Origin: Octopus vulgaris
Lineage: Eukaryota
DNA length: 64,000 nt
Direction of reading: 5' to 3'
Assembly: GCA_951406725.2 (NCBI GenBank)
Contig: OX597835.1
Location: 13,082,001-13,146,000, forward strand
A program made the translations under genes and the position numbers. Of the stretch, positions 38,041 through 50,934 are shown in pieces (position 1 is the stretch's first letter; each line of letters opens with the position of its first letter). A model generated the notes under the pieces. That model was not told the DNA's origin. It did no database searches and saw nothing but the letters and a program-made list of their open reading frames with translations.

Positions 38041-39378
38041 GGTCACAATTTGAGTCATAAGAGTCTTCTGGTTTGTCAACTTCCGTCAAACTGTTGGACC
38101 CATGCCAGCATGGAAAACAGACGTTAAATGACGACGACGATGGTGATGTGTGTTTGTATGTAAATGTTACAGTAATGTCATTGCTAATTTAAAGTGCATC
38201 TGAAAACGACAATGGAACATTTTCTCATTGTCTGACTATTTACTGAGAGTAGAGTCAACTTTATTATTGGGAAGGTCAACTTGACTGAGACTTCATAATA
38301 TGTTCACACACACACAGACACACACACACACACATACACACACACACACACGAATAGGATATTTTATGGCCTGGTCATGTTGATTAATAAGTGCCATTCT
38401 GCTGTAAATTATTGGTGAAGTGCCATGTGGAATCACCTATCAATTGTGAAATATTCTTCAGTGAAACAGTTCGTCATCTCAATTAATTGCTTCCTATACA
38501 AATGAGAATTGGCATTATATTTCAACTGATAAAATATTACTGCTGTATATACACCATAAATAAACATATAACAATCGATTCTACATTGAAGGAATCACCA
38601 AAAATTACCCTCATTATTCCAAGAAATAATTTTCAAAAGACTCAGGTCTAATTTCTGTTTTTCTTTTTTTGTTTTTTTTTTGGGGTTTTTTTTTGGTTTT
38701 TCATCATCTAATTATTCATTATCAATTTTAAATGAGACTTCTTGCCTACTTCTTAATTATTCTTTAAAATTTCTTTCCATTCTTTTTTTTTTGCTTCGTT
38801 ACTTATTTCTAATTATTTTTCTTGATAGAAACATACACACACACACACAAAAAAAGTAATTAATTGCTTGAGTTTGTCTTAGCTTGTTTCTTTCTGATGT
38901 TGGTGGTGTTGCTGTTTCATTTTCTCAGATCTCAGTATCGAAGTGCGATATAATCAAATATATATTTATAACCACCAGACTCATTTGAAAATTAGCTGAA
39001 GATAGTTAACATTTCTTCTTTGGAAATACAAATGTGATACATTTAGATATTATTCTACAATTTTAAACATTTAAAATCAATGTTGGATATTTAAGTTTTC
39101 TTTCCTCTCTTCTTTATTTCATTTCATTTCATTTCTTCTTTATGTATTTATTTCCAAGTAACTCCATATATGAATTATGTTTGTCTTTTTATTTGCTGTT
39201 GATTTTAAAAAACTGGTTTGAATAGAAGCAGTTCTCCGTGATATTTTCCACCCTCTGAAATAAAAAAATTTTCTTTTTTTACATCTGTTTGTTTTACAGC
39301 AGTTTATTCATCCATAGCTTTGCAGTTTTCTAGAAATTTTCTATATGTTATCAATATTTCATACAAAACACCCCACAG

Positions 39379-39410
<32 letters not shown>

Positions 39411-39995
39411 GAAAAAAAGCAAAACAAAAAACAAAAAAAAAGCATGAAATTTAACACTTTGGTCATTCCATAGACTCCATAGAAAGTTGTAGTTTCTGTA
39501 AATGTCAGCAGATTTTTACTGGTAAAGTGTAAGAATCAAGTAAACATAACACAATGAAGGAAGACAATTTATTGCTCCGGTTTCCTTTTTGTGCTTCTGT
39601 TTAGTAGGACTGACAAAAAACATTGATCACTCATAAACTATCTGTCAATGACACTAGATTTTATTGCTTTCTTTAAAAAAAGAAACCGCACACATTTATC
39701 ATAAAACTGAAGGAAAGCAAATAAATACATCTTTACATAATAAGACTTATGCTTCAGTATCAACAAACCAAACAACACAAATCTTCCATAAATATAATTA
39801 CTCTATAATAATGTTTTACCATTATCTGAATATCAATAGTTATATTAGAATTATTGATCAGTGACGGACCACTAAACATAAAGGCATTAGTTCAAATCTT
39901 TCAATAGATATTGTTATGTTTATAAGGCATTTAAAATGCAGGGTCATTAGTGTGTTGGACAGATTGCTTTATGATAATCATTTTGACTGTCTACA

Positions 39996-40548
39996 CCAAT
40001 GATTCTTAACCATTTTCTTCCTATGGACTCCTTTGATTGCTATTTTATGGTACTGAAACTCCATAACTACTTGATATTTTTTTTTTAAGACCCATTATAC
40101 TTTTATAATTAAACTAGCAGTATCGCCCGGTGTTGCTCGGGTTTGTAAGGGAAATAACTATATAAGCATTTTTAGAGAGTTACTTCCCTTATATAATAGC
40201 AAAAAAATGCATTAAAAATGGGAAAAAATTATGGTAATTTTTTTTTTAAATCGTAGACTCATCATAGACACGCGCTAATACCCAGAAGGGCTCGATATGA
40301 AGCACGACTATAAGATACCCGCTTTTGGTTACACTGCACTGCAAAATGTGGGAGTAGTTAGGAATCTAAATCGTAGGAGACAGACACACAACTTCACTTT
40401 TATATATAAAGATATTAGGAATTGTAAAAAAAAAAATTGTTAAACTGTTTTATAGAAACATAACCAATTTATTACATATAAACCTTTAGTGACAAAATCT
40501 TATATGAACCCCCAAGGGCCGTGTGAACCCGGCTGTGAACTACTGGTC
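39996..40548. mobile_element. hAT-like MITE (diverged) hosting a Helitron
   Basis: CAATGATTCTTAACC...GGCTGTGAACTACTG imperfect termini; related to 47390-47766. Confidence 0.5.
40114..40412 (-). mobile_element. Non-autonomous Helitron (shortest form)
   Basis: 5' TC...CTAG 3' on the minus strand, inserted between host A40113 and T40413 with no TSD. Confidence 0.9.
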
Positions 40549-41992
40549 AGCATTCTGAATTCAGAGACCCCCAGGGTCAACTTTGCCTTTCACTCTTTCA
40601 GGAGTTGGCAATATCAAGTACCAGTCAGGAACTGGGATCAGTTCTTTTTCTCTTATTTTTCTTTCTTTCTGTCTGTTTTTCTCTCTTCTGGAAGAAATCA
40701 GCTGAAATCAAATCTGGAATGGGTTTGAGTTCTGCCAGAACTGAAAATACCCAAGACACAATGTTATGGCAGCACCTCAACAACTCCATCAAGGAGTTGA
40801 GAGTTCAATACAAGGCAAAGCATTGATATGTCTGCTTAATCAAGGAACACAACTCTCACCTGATCTCACCTGATAACTTTGGATAAGTATCTAGCAAGAA
40901 ATGCTGCCTGATATCTGGAACCATTCTGCTGCTCCAGAGAGACGGTAAAGCTGACCATAACAACAGCATAGTTCTGACCTGTGTGGGAGAGACTACAGAG
41001 AGCAAGGGCCTTGTCCTTTCTTCTTAATTAAACCTTTAAAAAACAAATGGTAACACTATGCTGACACTTACCTGTAGCACTTACCTTCCTGTAACAGAAG
41101 GAAAAAAAACAAGCAAACAAAACCTCTTTGATAGATTCTTGCTTATTAATTTCCATAGGTCAAAAATGGTAAGGCTCAAAACTTGTATAATGGAATGATC
41201 TGTGAATATATCATCATCATCATCATCTTTATTTAGTGTCCACTTTTCCATGTTGGTATGGGTCAGACTGAATGTATTGTGGTAGATTTTTCTACAGTTG
41301 TGATTTTGTTGTTGTTGCCGACTCTCACCTGTTCCCAGGTAAACTAATATTTCCCATGGCCTGACATGTTTTTCCACAGAAGGCTGGAAACAAATAACAC
41401 CACACCACTTGTACAACAATGATGCTTGTTTACAACCACCACATGATACCACAAGAGTAAGCACCCTCACACACACACGTACATAAGAGGCTTCTTTTAT
41501 CTTCTGTATACCAAATCCACTGACATGGCTTTGGTTTGTCCAGGGCTACAGTCGAAGACTGAACCTGAAACCACACAGTTGGGAAGCAAGCCCCTTAACC
41601 ACACAGCCATGTCTGTGTCCAAATATCATTTAATGTAAATAATTGTCTTTCCTGTAATTTATAATTCCACTTAAATTCTCTCAAAACGGAATTAAGAGTC
41701 AGAATAGTTTATGATACAAGTGATGACAGCAGTTAGTTCAAAGTTGAATACATTTAATGAAATTTGTGTTTGATCATTAACTTTAGAATTAATTAGTCAA
41801 TTATATACCAAGTTAATCCATCTTATTGTTATACACTCACCTGCAGTTTAGCACAAAGTCCCTTATCTATCCCTTACTCTCTGTGGAAGCTGGACACTTC
41901 TGTTTGCTGTAATTACTTCACAATGTCGTTAATCTTAGACATTTATCAAATGAGTTCTTTCTTCAAACTACTGTCTTTAGGATGTGCCATTT

Positions 41993-42550
41993 CATCATCG
42001 TCGTTTAACGTCCGCTTTCCATGCTAGCATGGGTTGGACGTATGACTGAGGGCTGGCGAACCAGATGGCTGCACCAGGCTTCAATCTTGATCTTGATCTG
42101 GCAGAGTTTCTACAGCTGGATGCCCTTCCTAACTCCAACCACTCCAAGAGTGTAGTGGGTGCTTTTTCGTGCCACCGGCACATGGCCAGTCAGGCGGCAC
42201 TGGCAACAACCTCGCTCGAATCTTTTAAACATGCCACCGGCGCGGGTGCCAGTAAGGCGATGCTGGTAACGATCCCGCTCGAATGGTGTTTTTTACGTGC
42301 CACCGGCACGGAAGCCAGATAGCCACTCTGGCAACAATCACGCTCGGATGGTGCTCTTAATACCCTACTAGCACGGGGCTCGAGTGCCAGTAGTGCGACG
42401 CTGGTAACGATCACGCTCAAATAGTGCCTTTTAAATGCCACTGGCACGGGAGCCGGTTAGCCGCTCTGTCAATGATCACACTCATATGGTGCTCTTTGCA
42501 CCCCGCTAGCATGGACGCCAGTCATCGAATTTGATTTTGATTTTTGATTT
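41993..42550 (-). mobile_element. RTE 3'UTR, family B, long subtype
   Basis: Homologous to 34304-35090 with fewer units. Confidence 0.9.
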
Positions 42551-43365
42551 GTCATTTGAATTTGGTAAATTTACTCTTTTATTCCATTGCTTGTTTCAGT
42601 CCCCAGGAAGGTGGCTATACCTGACATAGCACTGCTTCTTTTGTCAATCATATCAACACCAGTTTATTTTAGATTAGTACTGATTCCATCAACCTCTGAT
42701 TATCAAATAGCTAATTTACCTTTTGACAGAAGAATTCCAACCACATTTCATGGTTCGTTACCTCAACAGCTCCTTTATAGGATCCAGTGGCTAAGGCCAT
42801 CATCAGGAGGAACCACGTCCAGTTTCAGCCCCTACTCCTCTTCTGTTTTCAGTGTGGTGCCCTCCACCTTTTGGAGGTGTCTTCAGTTCTGGTTTTGACT
42901 GCGTTCTTTTTTTCTTTTCCCTTTGGCTTTTTGTTCTTTGGTTTCTCCGATGCAGCTTCAACAAATGTCAGCAGGCCAATGACCACCCTAGCAAATTTCC
43001 CTTCCAATACTCACTGGTAGGCTCCAGCAGCCATATAATCCTCACTACTTGACACGATGGTTCGCTCCAGTTTGCTCAAACATAGGAACATATGCCCATA
43101 TAAACATGTGCATACATGCATATAGTTAATAAGGATGCATGTACTTCACAGTACTCATCAGAGCTCGTCAAAAAATGGAGGAATTTTCAATGAATGACCT
43201 CAGTAAATAATTAAAATGATGACAGTAATGATAGAAGCTTAAATATATCATAGAAAAAGATATTTTTATGATATGACATGAATAATATACATTTGGTGTC
43301 AAATAGTATTACACAGATAAATAATTGGTTGTTGTTATCACAGAATAATCTATTACAGAATAAAA

Positions 43366-43931
43366 CGAGGATGAGTCAAAAAGTAATGCCATTTTGTTTA
43401 GGACAGGTATAATTACCAACACAGGAATATGTATCATGCATCAAAATGAAGCTGGTCCTCTGTGGATCACACCCCTATTTCTCAACAGTCACCGTTTCTC
43501 TCTATAGCAATGTTCCACCTTCAAATGAGAGCATGTATCCCTGCCCCGTAAAATTCTGTTGATTGTTCTTTGAGCCACTTCTTCACTACAGTTTTCACTT
43601 CCTCATCACTAGAATAAATTAATGCCTTCAGACTATCATCTCTTTGGCCCCATGAAAGAGGGTTTGAGAGGCAAACATTATTCCAGTGATGAGGAAGTGA
43701 AAACTGTAGTGAAGAAGCGGCTCAAAGAACAGTCAACAGAATTTTACTGGGCAGGGATACATGCTCTCATTTGAAGGTGGAGTATTGCTATTGAGAGAAA
43801 CAGTGACTATGTTGAGAAGTAGGGATGTGATCCACAGAATACCAGCTTCATTTTGATGTATGATACATGTTCCTGTGTTGGTAATTATACCTGTCCTAAA
43901 CAAAATGGCATTACTTTTTGACTCATCCTCG
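43366..43931. mobile_element. Fold-back mariner MITE made of two inverted 3' ends
   Basis: ~250-bp inverted arms start CGAGGATGAGTCAAAAAGTAATGCC, with TA on the right flank. The centre and right arm read PSDYHLFGPMKEGLRGKHYSSDEEVKTVVKKRLKEQSTEFYWAGIHALI*RWSIAIERNSDYVEK* (mariner C-terminus). Confidence 0.9.
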
Positions 43932-44177
43932 TATATGTTAATACAGAATGCACTCCATACTACTTGAATGTAGATATATTCAGTATTGCACTGATCAACT
44001 ACCGACTGTTAAACCAACGCACATCAAACTAACATGGTTGACTATGCTCCTGATATTTCTTATTGTAATCTGTTAGTCCACCTTCTGTAATGTGGGGGTG
44101 TTCTCGATTTTCCTATAACAGTGTATATAATTCTTTAATCCAGGACATAAAGTTGTTTCAATTTTTCTTTTTTTGTT

Positions 44178-44391
44178 TTAAGTTAAGTTAATATTTTGGC
44201 TCAAAAAGCAAAAAGCAAGGCCATGTAGGGGGACATGGAGTTATGTACAGGGTGGTGTTCATACAAAGAGTTCAGGCCATTTGTGGTCAAGGGAGACTTT
44301 GAACCGAGCGGTCGTCGGCATCTTCACTATCTCGTCCGGCAGCTTATTCCACGGATCCGCAACCCGGACGGAGAAAGCCCCTCTCCTTTGA
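44178..44391 (-). mobile_element. CR1/L2-group LINE 3' end
   Basis: Reverse-complement homolog of ~18910-19128. Confidence 0.9.
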
Positions 44392-44836
44392 ATACATCAC
44401 ATTAGAAGGAATGGAATAAATTTATACACACACACACACATAAAATTATATATATGCACACACACACACACATCTAGGTTATTGTGATCTGATATAAACT
44501 GATATAAACCCATTACATATGTACTCTTAAATTCTGTCTTATAGATACTGCTTCACAAAATCACAAATGCTCAACTGCGCAAAATATAAATTTTTTAAAA
44601 ATTCAAACGCGCCCACTGGGACTGAATTTAGAAACACATGGCTGTTAAATCAACATTTAAACTACACAGCTTTGCTTATCTCAAGTTTTAAATATTCTCC
44701 ACATAAATCAGAGTTGTCTTCAGTGATATTGCTCGACAAAAACAAACAAACCATGACATGCAGTAAAATAAACGTGCATATTTAAATTCAGTCAGCTTAC
44801 AATTTTGATATATGTGTTTGTGTTTTTGTAGGTATG

Positions 44837-44875
<39 letters not shown>

Positions 44876-44979
44876 ATGTAAGTTAAATTTAAAATTTAAA
44901 ATAAGGTTTAGAAAGGAAACATTAAAATGCAGCATTCAAACCTTGTTTCAGGTAAGTCCCACCTAGTGTACACTCCGTC

Positions 44980-44981
<2 letters not shown>

Positions 44982-45027
<46 letters not shown>

Positions 45028-45198
45028 GTTTAACGTCCATTCTCCATGCTAGCATGGGTCGGACGGTTCGACCGGGGATCTGGGAAGCCAGAAGGCTGCA
45101 CCAGGCTCCGGTCTTATCTGGCAATGCTTCTACAGCTGGATGCCCTTCCTAACGCCAACCACTCCGTGAGTGTAGTTGGGTGCTTTTTACGTGCCACC
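44982..45198 (-). mobile_element. RTE 3' end, family B
   Basis: Family B tail. Confidence 0.9.
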
Positions 45199-45240
45199 TT
45201 CAATATCAATAATTTAAAATGTGTGTGTGTGTGTAAGTAT

Positions 45241-45295
<55 letters not shown>

Positions 45296-45974
45296 AAGAC
45301 AGAGAGAGATAAGTATATATTTTCTCTCCCTGTTCCCTTCTGTTGAAGAGCATAGGCTCGAAACGTAAAAGACTTTCTCACTTCCTGAGCATTAAACTAA
45401 TACATCTGTTTGTTGTTTACACACCAATCTTTTGTTTTTTTTTTTTGTAAATTTTCACTAAGTAGATATATATGTATGTTTTAATGTATATGTCAGGTGT
45501 GTCAGTTTGGGGTAGCCATAAAAAATGCAGTTTTGACAAAGCTCTCTTATGGTATTTCATCCAAGTTTTTTTCCTTGTTTTAGTCTAAAGGATGGCTCTC
45601 CATCCATGACATTTACAACTCTCATTAACAATTCTATTAAAATGTAAGTATTTTGCTAAAAAGACAAAGATGCAGATAGGGAATTCCAGAAGGCCAGTGT
45701 TCCGGGTTAGAAGGATTGGATATTGTTGTTGGTGGGCAGGCTGTGAGAGTGGAGAGTGTAATATGGATGATGAGCAGAAGAAGAGGAGAAATGAATGATT
45801 CAGAAGGGTTTGAGTCAAGATGGCACAAGACTTGTCAGCTCTTATGAGCAGAGGCCATTATAGTAGTGGTGCCAAAAGCAGAGAGGGGACATAACATGTT
45901 TGTGAGATAGAGTTTAGGGTGTGATTGTGAGTGATTTTATGATAATCAGTTGAGTGAGTTTATCTGTCGGTTAC

Positions 45975-46503
45975 GATGACAAGTGTTCCAGTTGATCCGA
46001 TCATTGGAACAGCCTGCCCGTGAAATTAATGTACAAGTGGCTGAGTACTCCTTTATGTAATTCTCAGGGAGATTCAGTCTGTCACAGAGTGTGACAAGGC
46101 TGGCCCCTTTGAATTACAGGTACTACTCATAAGGCGACAAGCTGGCAGAAACGTTAGCACGCTGGGCGAAATGCTTTGTGGTATTTCGTCTGCCGCTGCG
46201 TTCTGAGTTCAAATTCCGTTGAGGTTGACTTTGCCTTTCATCCTTTCGGGGTCGATAAATTAAGAACCAGTTATGCACTGGAGTCGATTTAATCGACTTA
46301 ATCCGTTTGTCTGTTCTTGTTTGTCCCCTCTATGTTTAGTCCCTTGTGGGTAGTAAAGAAATAGGTACTACTCAGTTTTGCCAGCTGAGTGAACTGAAGC
46401 AATGTGAAATAAATTGTCTTGCTCAAGGACACAAGGCGTTGCCAGGAATTGAACTCATCACCTTATGATTGTGAGCCAAATACCCCTAACCACTAAGCCA
46501 TGG
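45975..46503 (-). mobile_element. SINE family C split by a family D insertion
   Basis: Tail at 45975-46130 and head at 46363-46503 (CATGGCTTAGTGGTTAGGG on the minus strand). Confidence 0.75.
46131..46362 (+). mobile_element. SINE family D, full length
   Basis: Homologous to 32717-32950; 12-bp TSD AGGTACTACTCA. Confidence 0.9.
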
Positions 46504-46591
46504 CCTAGGGTGTTCTGTGATGTAGCAGTGGTACTTTTAGTGTGTGTCTTACTCAAAATTTCTAGAAAGGTTTGTAAAAAAAATAGTGAGC

Positions 46592-46736
46592 CATGACTGG
46601 CTCGCTATTTCCAGTGGACTGGCGCAGGACCGTCGTGCGTGGGCTGCCATGGTTCGAGATGCCTCGAGGGTGGTAGAAGAAGAAGCCAACTCAACCCACC
46701 CAGGGTGAATGTCGCCACAAGTACAAGTAAGTACAA
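46592..46736 (+). mobile_element. Second RTE-type LINE 3' end with a (CAAGTA)n tail
   Basis: HDWLAISSGLAQDRRAWAAMVRDA...STHPG* followed by CAAGTACAAGTAAGTA. Confidence 0.75.
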
Positions 46737-47378
46737 AGGTTGGTAACTGTTGGGGCTGGAAGTATTTTGCAGTGAAGGTCTTCAGTGTTAGCAAAGCTTA
46801 TCATTTGAAGAATTTATAGATGTTGTTCTAGTTGTGTGCTCTTAGAGTTCAAAGGGTTTGAGGTGCAATGGTATTTATTGCTGTGTGCGGTGATTGTGTT
46901 TTTTTAGGCATCAAAGGAAACAGATTAGCACACACCCATTGGAGGAAGAAAAAAAACATTGTTGGCCTTGTGCCAAAATTTGAAACCGTTTATACTTCCA
47001 TAAATCAATGTTTTAATTTATAACATTGTTTGCTAATTCTTTGTTCTTTTCTATTTTTTTTTCAGGTAAGTTAATATCCTTGTATGTCTACCTGTCTGTC
47101 TTGGTAAGAACAATTAATTCCACTACAAAAATGGTATGTTTTTTCACCACGTCTATATCTGAATGTCCTTGTTATGTACTTAACAGATGCTTGCATCTTC
47201 TTCTTTAGTCCACACCACATTGCTCGTGGGCTTTGACTCCAGCTCGAGAGCAAATTTCCCTCATCACATTTTGCGTACCAATTCCAAGACAGTGAGTACA
47301 GTCCTGCGTCTCACATAAACCCACTCACTTACATCATACAAGTCTGACTACAGGGCTTAAGCGTCCCCATAGGATTAA

Positions 47379-47969
47379 CCCTTTAGCGATAGGGGTTCAC
47401 AACCATTCTTTGTTTATGGACCCCTTTGATTACTATTATATTATGGTGGACCCCTATAGCCATTTGTTGTTTAAAAACTTTAAAGAAACGTCTTTTAAAA
47501 TTCTTTTGTTTTCCTCACATTGACTTGTGAAGGTTGAACTCTGTAAAATGTTAGAGAAAGAAACCTGTTCCTTACCATAAATTCCATAAATATATCGAAT
47601 GCAAAATTTTTTCAGGGGCCCTTAAAATATTATTGTGGATCCCCAATTTACTATTTGGTTGTGTGGACCCCAGCAAAATCTCATATGGACAATCAGGGAC
47701 CATATGGACGATCAGGTGTCACATGGACGATTGGGGGCCATATGACCCCTGGTTGAAGAGCATTGCTTAAATTAGCCATGTCTGGCAAAAATATTTCATG
47801 TTTAATGTTGGAACTAGCCAGGTCCAGCCTCTCATACCTATCCTACAATGTCATGCTAAAAGTAAGCAGTCACTTGAAATCTCAAAGCTACAAGATAATG
47901 CATGATTATGTCAACACAATGCGAACAAATAAGCATTAAATTTGACAGAGTAACCCAAAAGTTGAAGGG
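47379..47969. mobile_element. piggyBac-like MITE (inverted relative to 12746) with a nested hAT-like MITE (~47390-47766)
   Basis: TTAA|CCCTTTAGC ... GAAGGG|TTAA; the right part is the reverse complement of the 12746 unit. Confidence 0.65.
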
Positions 47970-48259
47970 TTAACTTACATGCAAGCATATCTATATACAC
48001 CACTACTTCTATAAACACATGGACACACACATCATGCATACATATACAGACATCTGCAAACTTTCGTAGGATTTTCTTAAACTTTTGATTTGTGTGTGTG
48101 TGTTGAATATGAAGTGAAGATAAATTCAGAAGATATTTTGTTTTGATTAATTCTATTTATTTTTTTAAAGCTCATTTATTGAACTACAGTGCGTACCCTT
48201 GATGATATATATATCTTTGGTGCCACAAAAAAAAAAAAAAGAATCATTTGTGTGTTGGG

Positions 48260-48298
<39 letters not shown>

Positions 48299-48846
48299 TG
48301 TTTCTGCATGTGTATATGTGTGTAAATATATAATATATATATATATAATATATATTTACCTATTGATACACACACACACATATATATATATCAAAGTTTA
48401 TATATCAGTAGGTAAATAAGATAAAAATTTATTTGTAGAAAAAAAAAAAAACTTTGGTAGATACAATTAAATTATTGCTGAAAGAAAGAAAGCAAAAAAA
48501 AAGACAAAAACATACCCCCCTCCCCCACCTGAAAAAAAGCCAATAATTTATATGAAAGTAAAAAAAAAAAGTAAACTTTTATAAACGAATCTATCCCGAT
48601 CTGACTGGTTATCTTTGTGTTAAGTTTGTGTAAGGTCCCTTATGTGCATCATCAATCTTAACCAAGATTGTGAATGGCAATCATATAGGGAACCTATGTA
48701 AATATTTATCGAATTTCATAAGCATTGGTCTGGAAAGATAGGAGGAACTCTGGAATGTTCTTGAAAATATCTATTGCAGATTTGCTTCTCGCATCAGGGA
48801 AATTTCAAAAAAACCAAACAAATCATTTAACTCACAGTAGAATACG

Positions 48847-48900
<54 letters not shown>

Positions 48901-49014
48901 AAGGGGAGGAGGAGGAGGAGGAGTTGTTGTTTAGCTCTGGGTCAGCCCTGGGGTTACACAGACATGTGTCGTCATCATCATCATCATCATCGTTTTAATA
49001 CCCGCTATTGTTTG

Positions 49015-49016
<2 letters not shown>

Positions 49017-49045
<29 letters not shown>

Positions 49046-49420
49046 GGTTAGCGTCCGTTGTCCATACTGGCATGGATTGAATGGTTTGACCAGAGTTGGC
49101 AAGCCAGGTGTGGTGTTGTTGTTGGTGGTGGTGGGGGGGCTGCGCCAGACTCCAGACCGATTTGGCAAGGTTTCTATGGCTGGATGCCCTTCCTCGTGCC
49201 AACCACTTTACAGAGTATGCTGGGTGCTTTTTACATGGCACCACATGGACGCTTTTATGATGTGTCACATGGGCTCTTTTACATGGTACTGCATGGGCAC
49301 TTTTATGATGTGCCACCATACCGGGTGCTCTTACGTGACACTGCACCTATGCTTTTATGTAACACTGCATGGGAACTCTTATGTGAAACTACATCAGTGT
49401 TTCCATGTGGCACTACTAGA
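49017..49420 (-). mobile_element. Old RTE 3'UTR (family B-related) with ~24-bp internal repeats
   Basis: (GAT)n tail, GGCTGGATGCCCTTCC motif and degenerate TTTTATG..GCAC units. Confidence 0.7.
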
Positions 49421-49737
49421 AGGCTCGGTCTGAACACTTCTACTGTGGGGTACAGGTCTTCTTGATTATGACCCAGCGCCAGGTATCTCAGTTCTTTAAT
49501 AATCTCACCTGAAAGTATTAGGCTTACCAAGAATAAGACCTGGGGTTGATGTCTTTGACAAACACCCTTTAAGGTGGTGTTCCAGCATGGCCACAGTCAA
49601 ATGGCTGAAACAAATAAAAGAATATATATGTGAATGGCTTCTTTCAGTTTCCACCGACTAAATCTACACAATGAGATTTTGGTCAGCTTTGAGCTGTACA
49701 AGGAAACATCTCCCCAAGGTGCCCTGCAATAGGATTG

Positions 49738-49985
49738 TGGAGGCACATGGCTTAGTGGTTAGGGGTGTTGGACTCATGATTGTAAGATTGTGGTTTTGAT
49801 TTCTGGACCAGGCAACGTGTTGTGTTCTTGAGCAAAACATGTTTCATGTTGCTCCAGTCCAGTCAGCTGGCAAAAGTGAGTTAATCCTGCAGTGGACCAG
49901 TGTTGCATCCAGGTGGATAATATATACACCACGGAAACTGGAAAACCAGCTCTTATGAGTCAGCGTGACTCAAGAAGGTAACTTA
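49738..49985 (+). mobile_element. SINE family C-related copy inserted in a family A head
   Basis: GGAGGCACATGGCTTAGTGGTTAGG head; family A head sequence lies on both sides. Confidence 0.65.
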
Positions 49986-50298
49986 ATCTTTGCCATGCAC
50001 TGGGATTGAACTTAAAATCATATGGTTGGGAAGCAGACCTCTTAACCACCCAGCCGTACCGATAATCAGACATTCAAACCATAATCAATCTGACCTTTTG
50101 TATATCCGAGACTACATCATCCATAGTATATATCTCAGGCAACAGGGTATGATCTGAGGGAGACTTGGCTGCTATTGCTAAGATAAACAACTACATAAGT
50201 GGTTCCCAACCTGTGGTCTGTGGATCCCTGGTGGTCTGCAAAAGTAGTACTAAGAGTTTGTCAACTAAGTTCAAAATTTCATATATATAAATATATAT

Positions 50299-50479
50299 TG
50301 GCACGTAAAAAGCACCCACTACACTCAGGGAGTGGTTGGCATTAGGAAGGGCATCCAGATGTAGAAACACTGCCAGATCAGACTGGAGCCTGGTGCAGCC
50401 TCCTGGCTTCCCAGACCCTGGTCGAAACATCCAACCCATGCTAGCTTGGAAAACGGACGTTAAACGATGATGATGATGA

Positions 50480-50480
<1 letters not shown>
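50299..50480 (+). mobile_element. RTE 3' end, family B
   Basis: Family B tail. Confidence 0.9.
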
Positions 50481-50546
<66 letters not shown>

Positions 50547-50549
50547 ATA

Positions 50550-50928
50550 TCTTTATATATAAAAGTGAAGTTGTGTGTCTGTCTCCTATGATTTAGATTC
50601 CTAACTACTCCCACATTTTGCGGTGCAGTGTAACCAAAAGCGGGTATCTTATAGTCGTGATTCATATCGAGCCCTTCTGGGTATTAGCGCGCGTCTACGA
50701 TGAGTCTACGATTTAAAAAAAAATTTACCATCATTTTTTCCCATTTTTAATGCATTTTTTTGCTATTATATAAGGGAAGTATTATTAAATCTCAGAACGT
50801 AAAAAGCTACAGTAACACCTCCCTTTGTGGTTAGCCATATTGAGATGGCTATTATACTTTACATCTCTAAAAATGCTTATATAGTTATTTCCCTTACAAA
50901 CCCGAGCAATGCCGGGCGATACTGCTAG
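50550..50928 (+). mobile_element. Non-autonomous Helitron
   Basis: A|TCTTTATATATAAAAG...CCCGAGCAATGCCGGG...CTAG|T. Confidence 0.9.
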
Positions 50929-50934
50929 TATATA

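Larger units (their letters stand above)
45590..46950 (-). mobile_element. Old CR1/L2-group LINE relic interrupted by SINEs
   Basis: Minus strand ~45915-45820 reads LSHKHVMSPLCFWHHYYNGLCS*ELTSLVP, resembling the LSHRR..ASL..FY.YY.G.CS.EL motif. The rest is highly degenerate. Confidence 0.45.

Noticed and set aside
39189-39275. Possible minus-strand terminal exon (TTTTTTATTTCAG|AGGGTGGAAAAT..., RVENITENCFYSNQFFKINSK*)
   Set aside because: Acceptor-like motifs are common in this AT-rich DNA and the peptide is unrecognisable; it would need RNA-seq support.
43135-43170. Minus-strand CTGATGA-GTAC-TGTGAA-GTAC hammerhead start
   Set aside because: The required GAAA after stem II is absent; at best a dead remnant.
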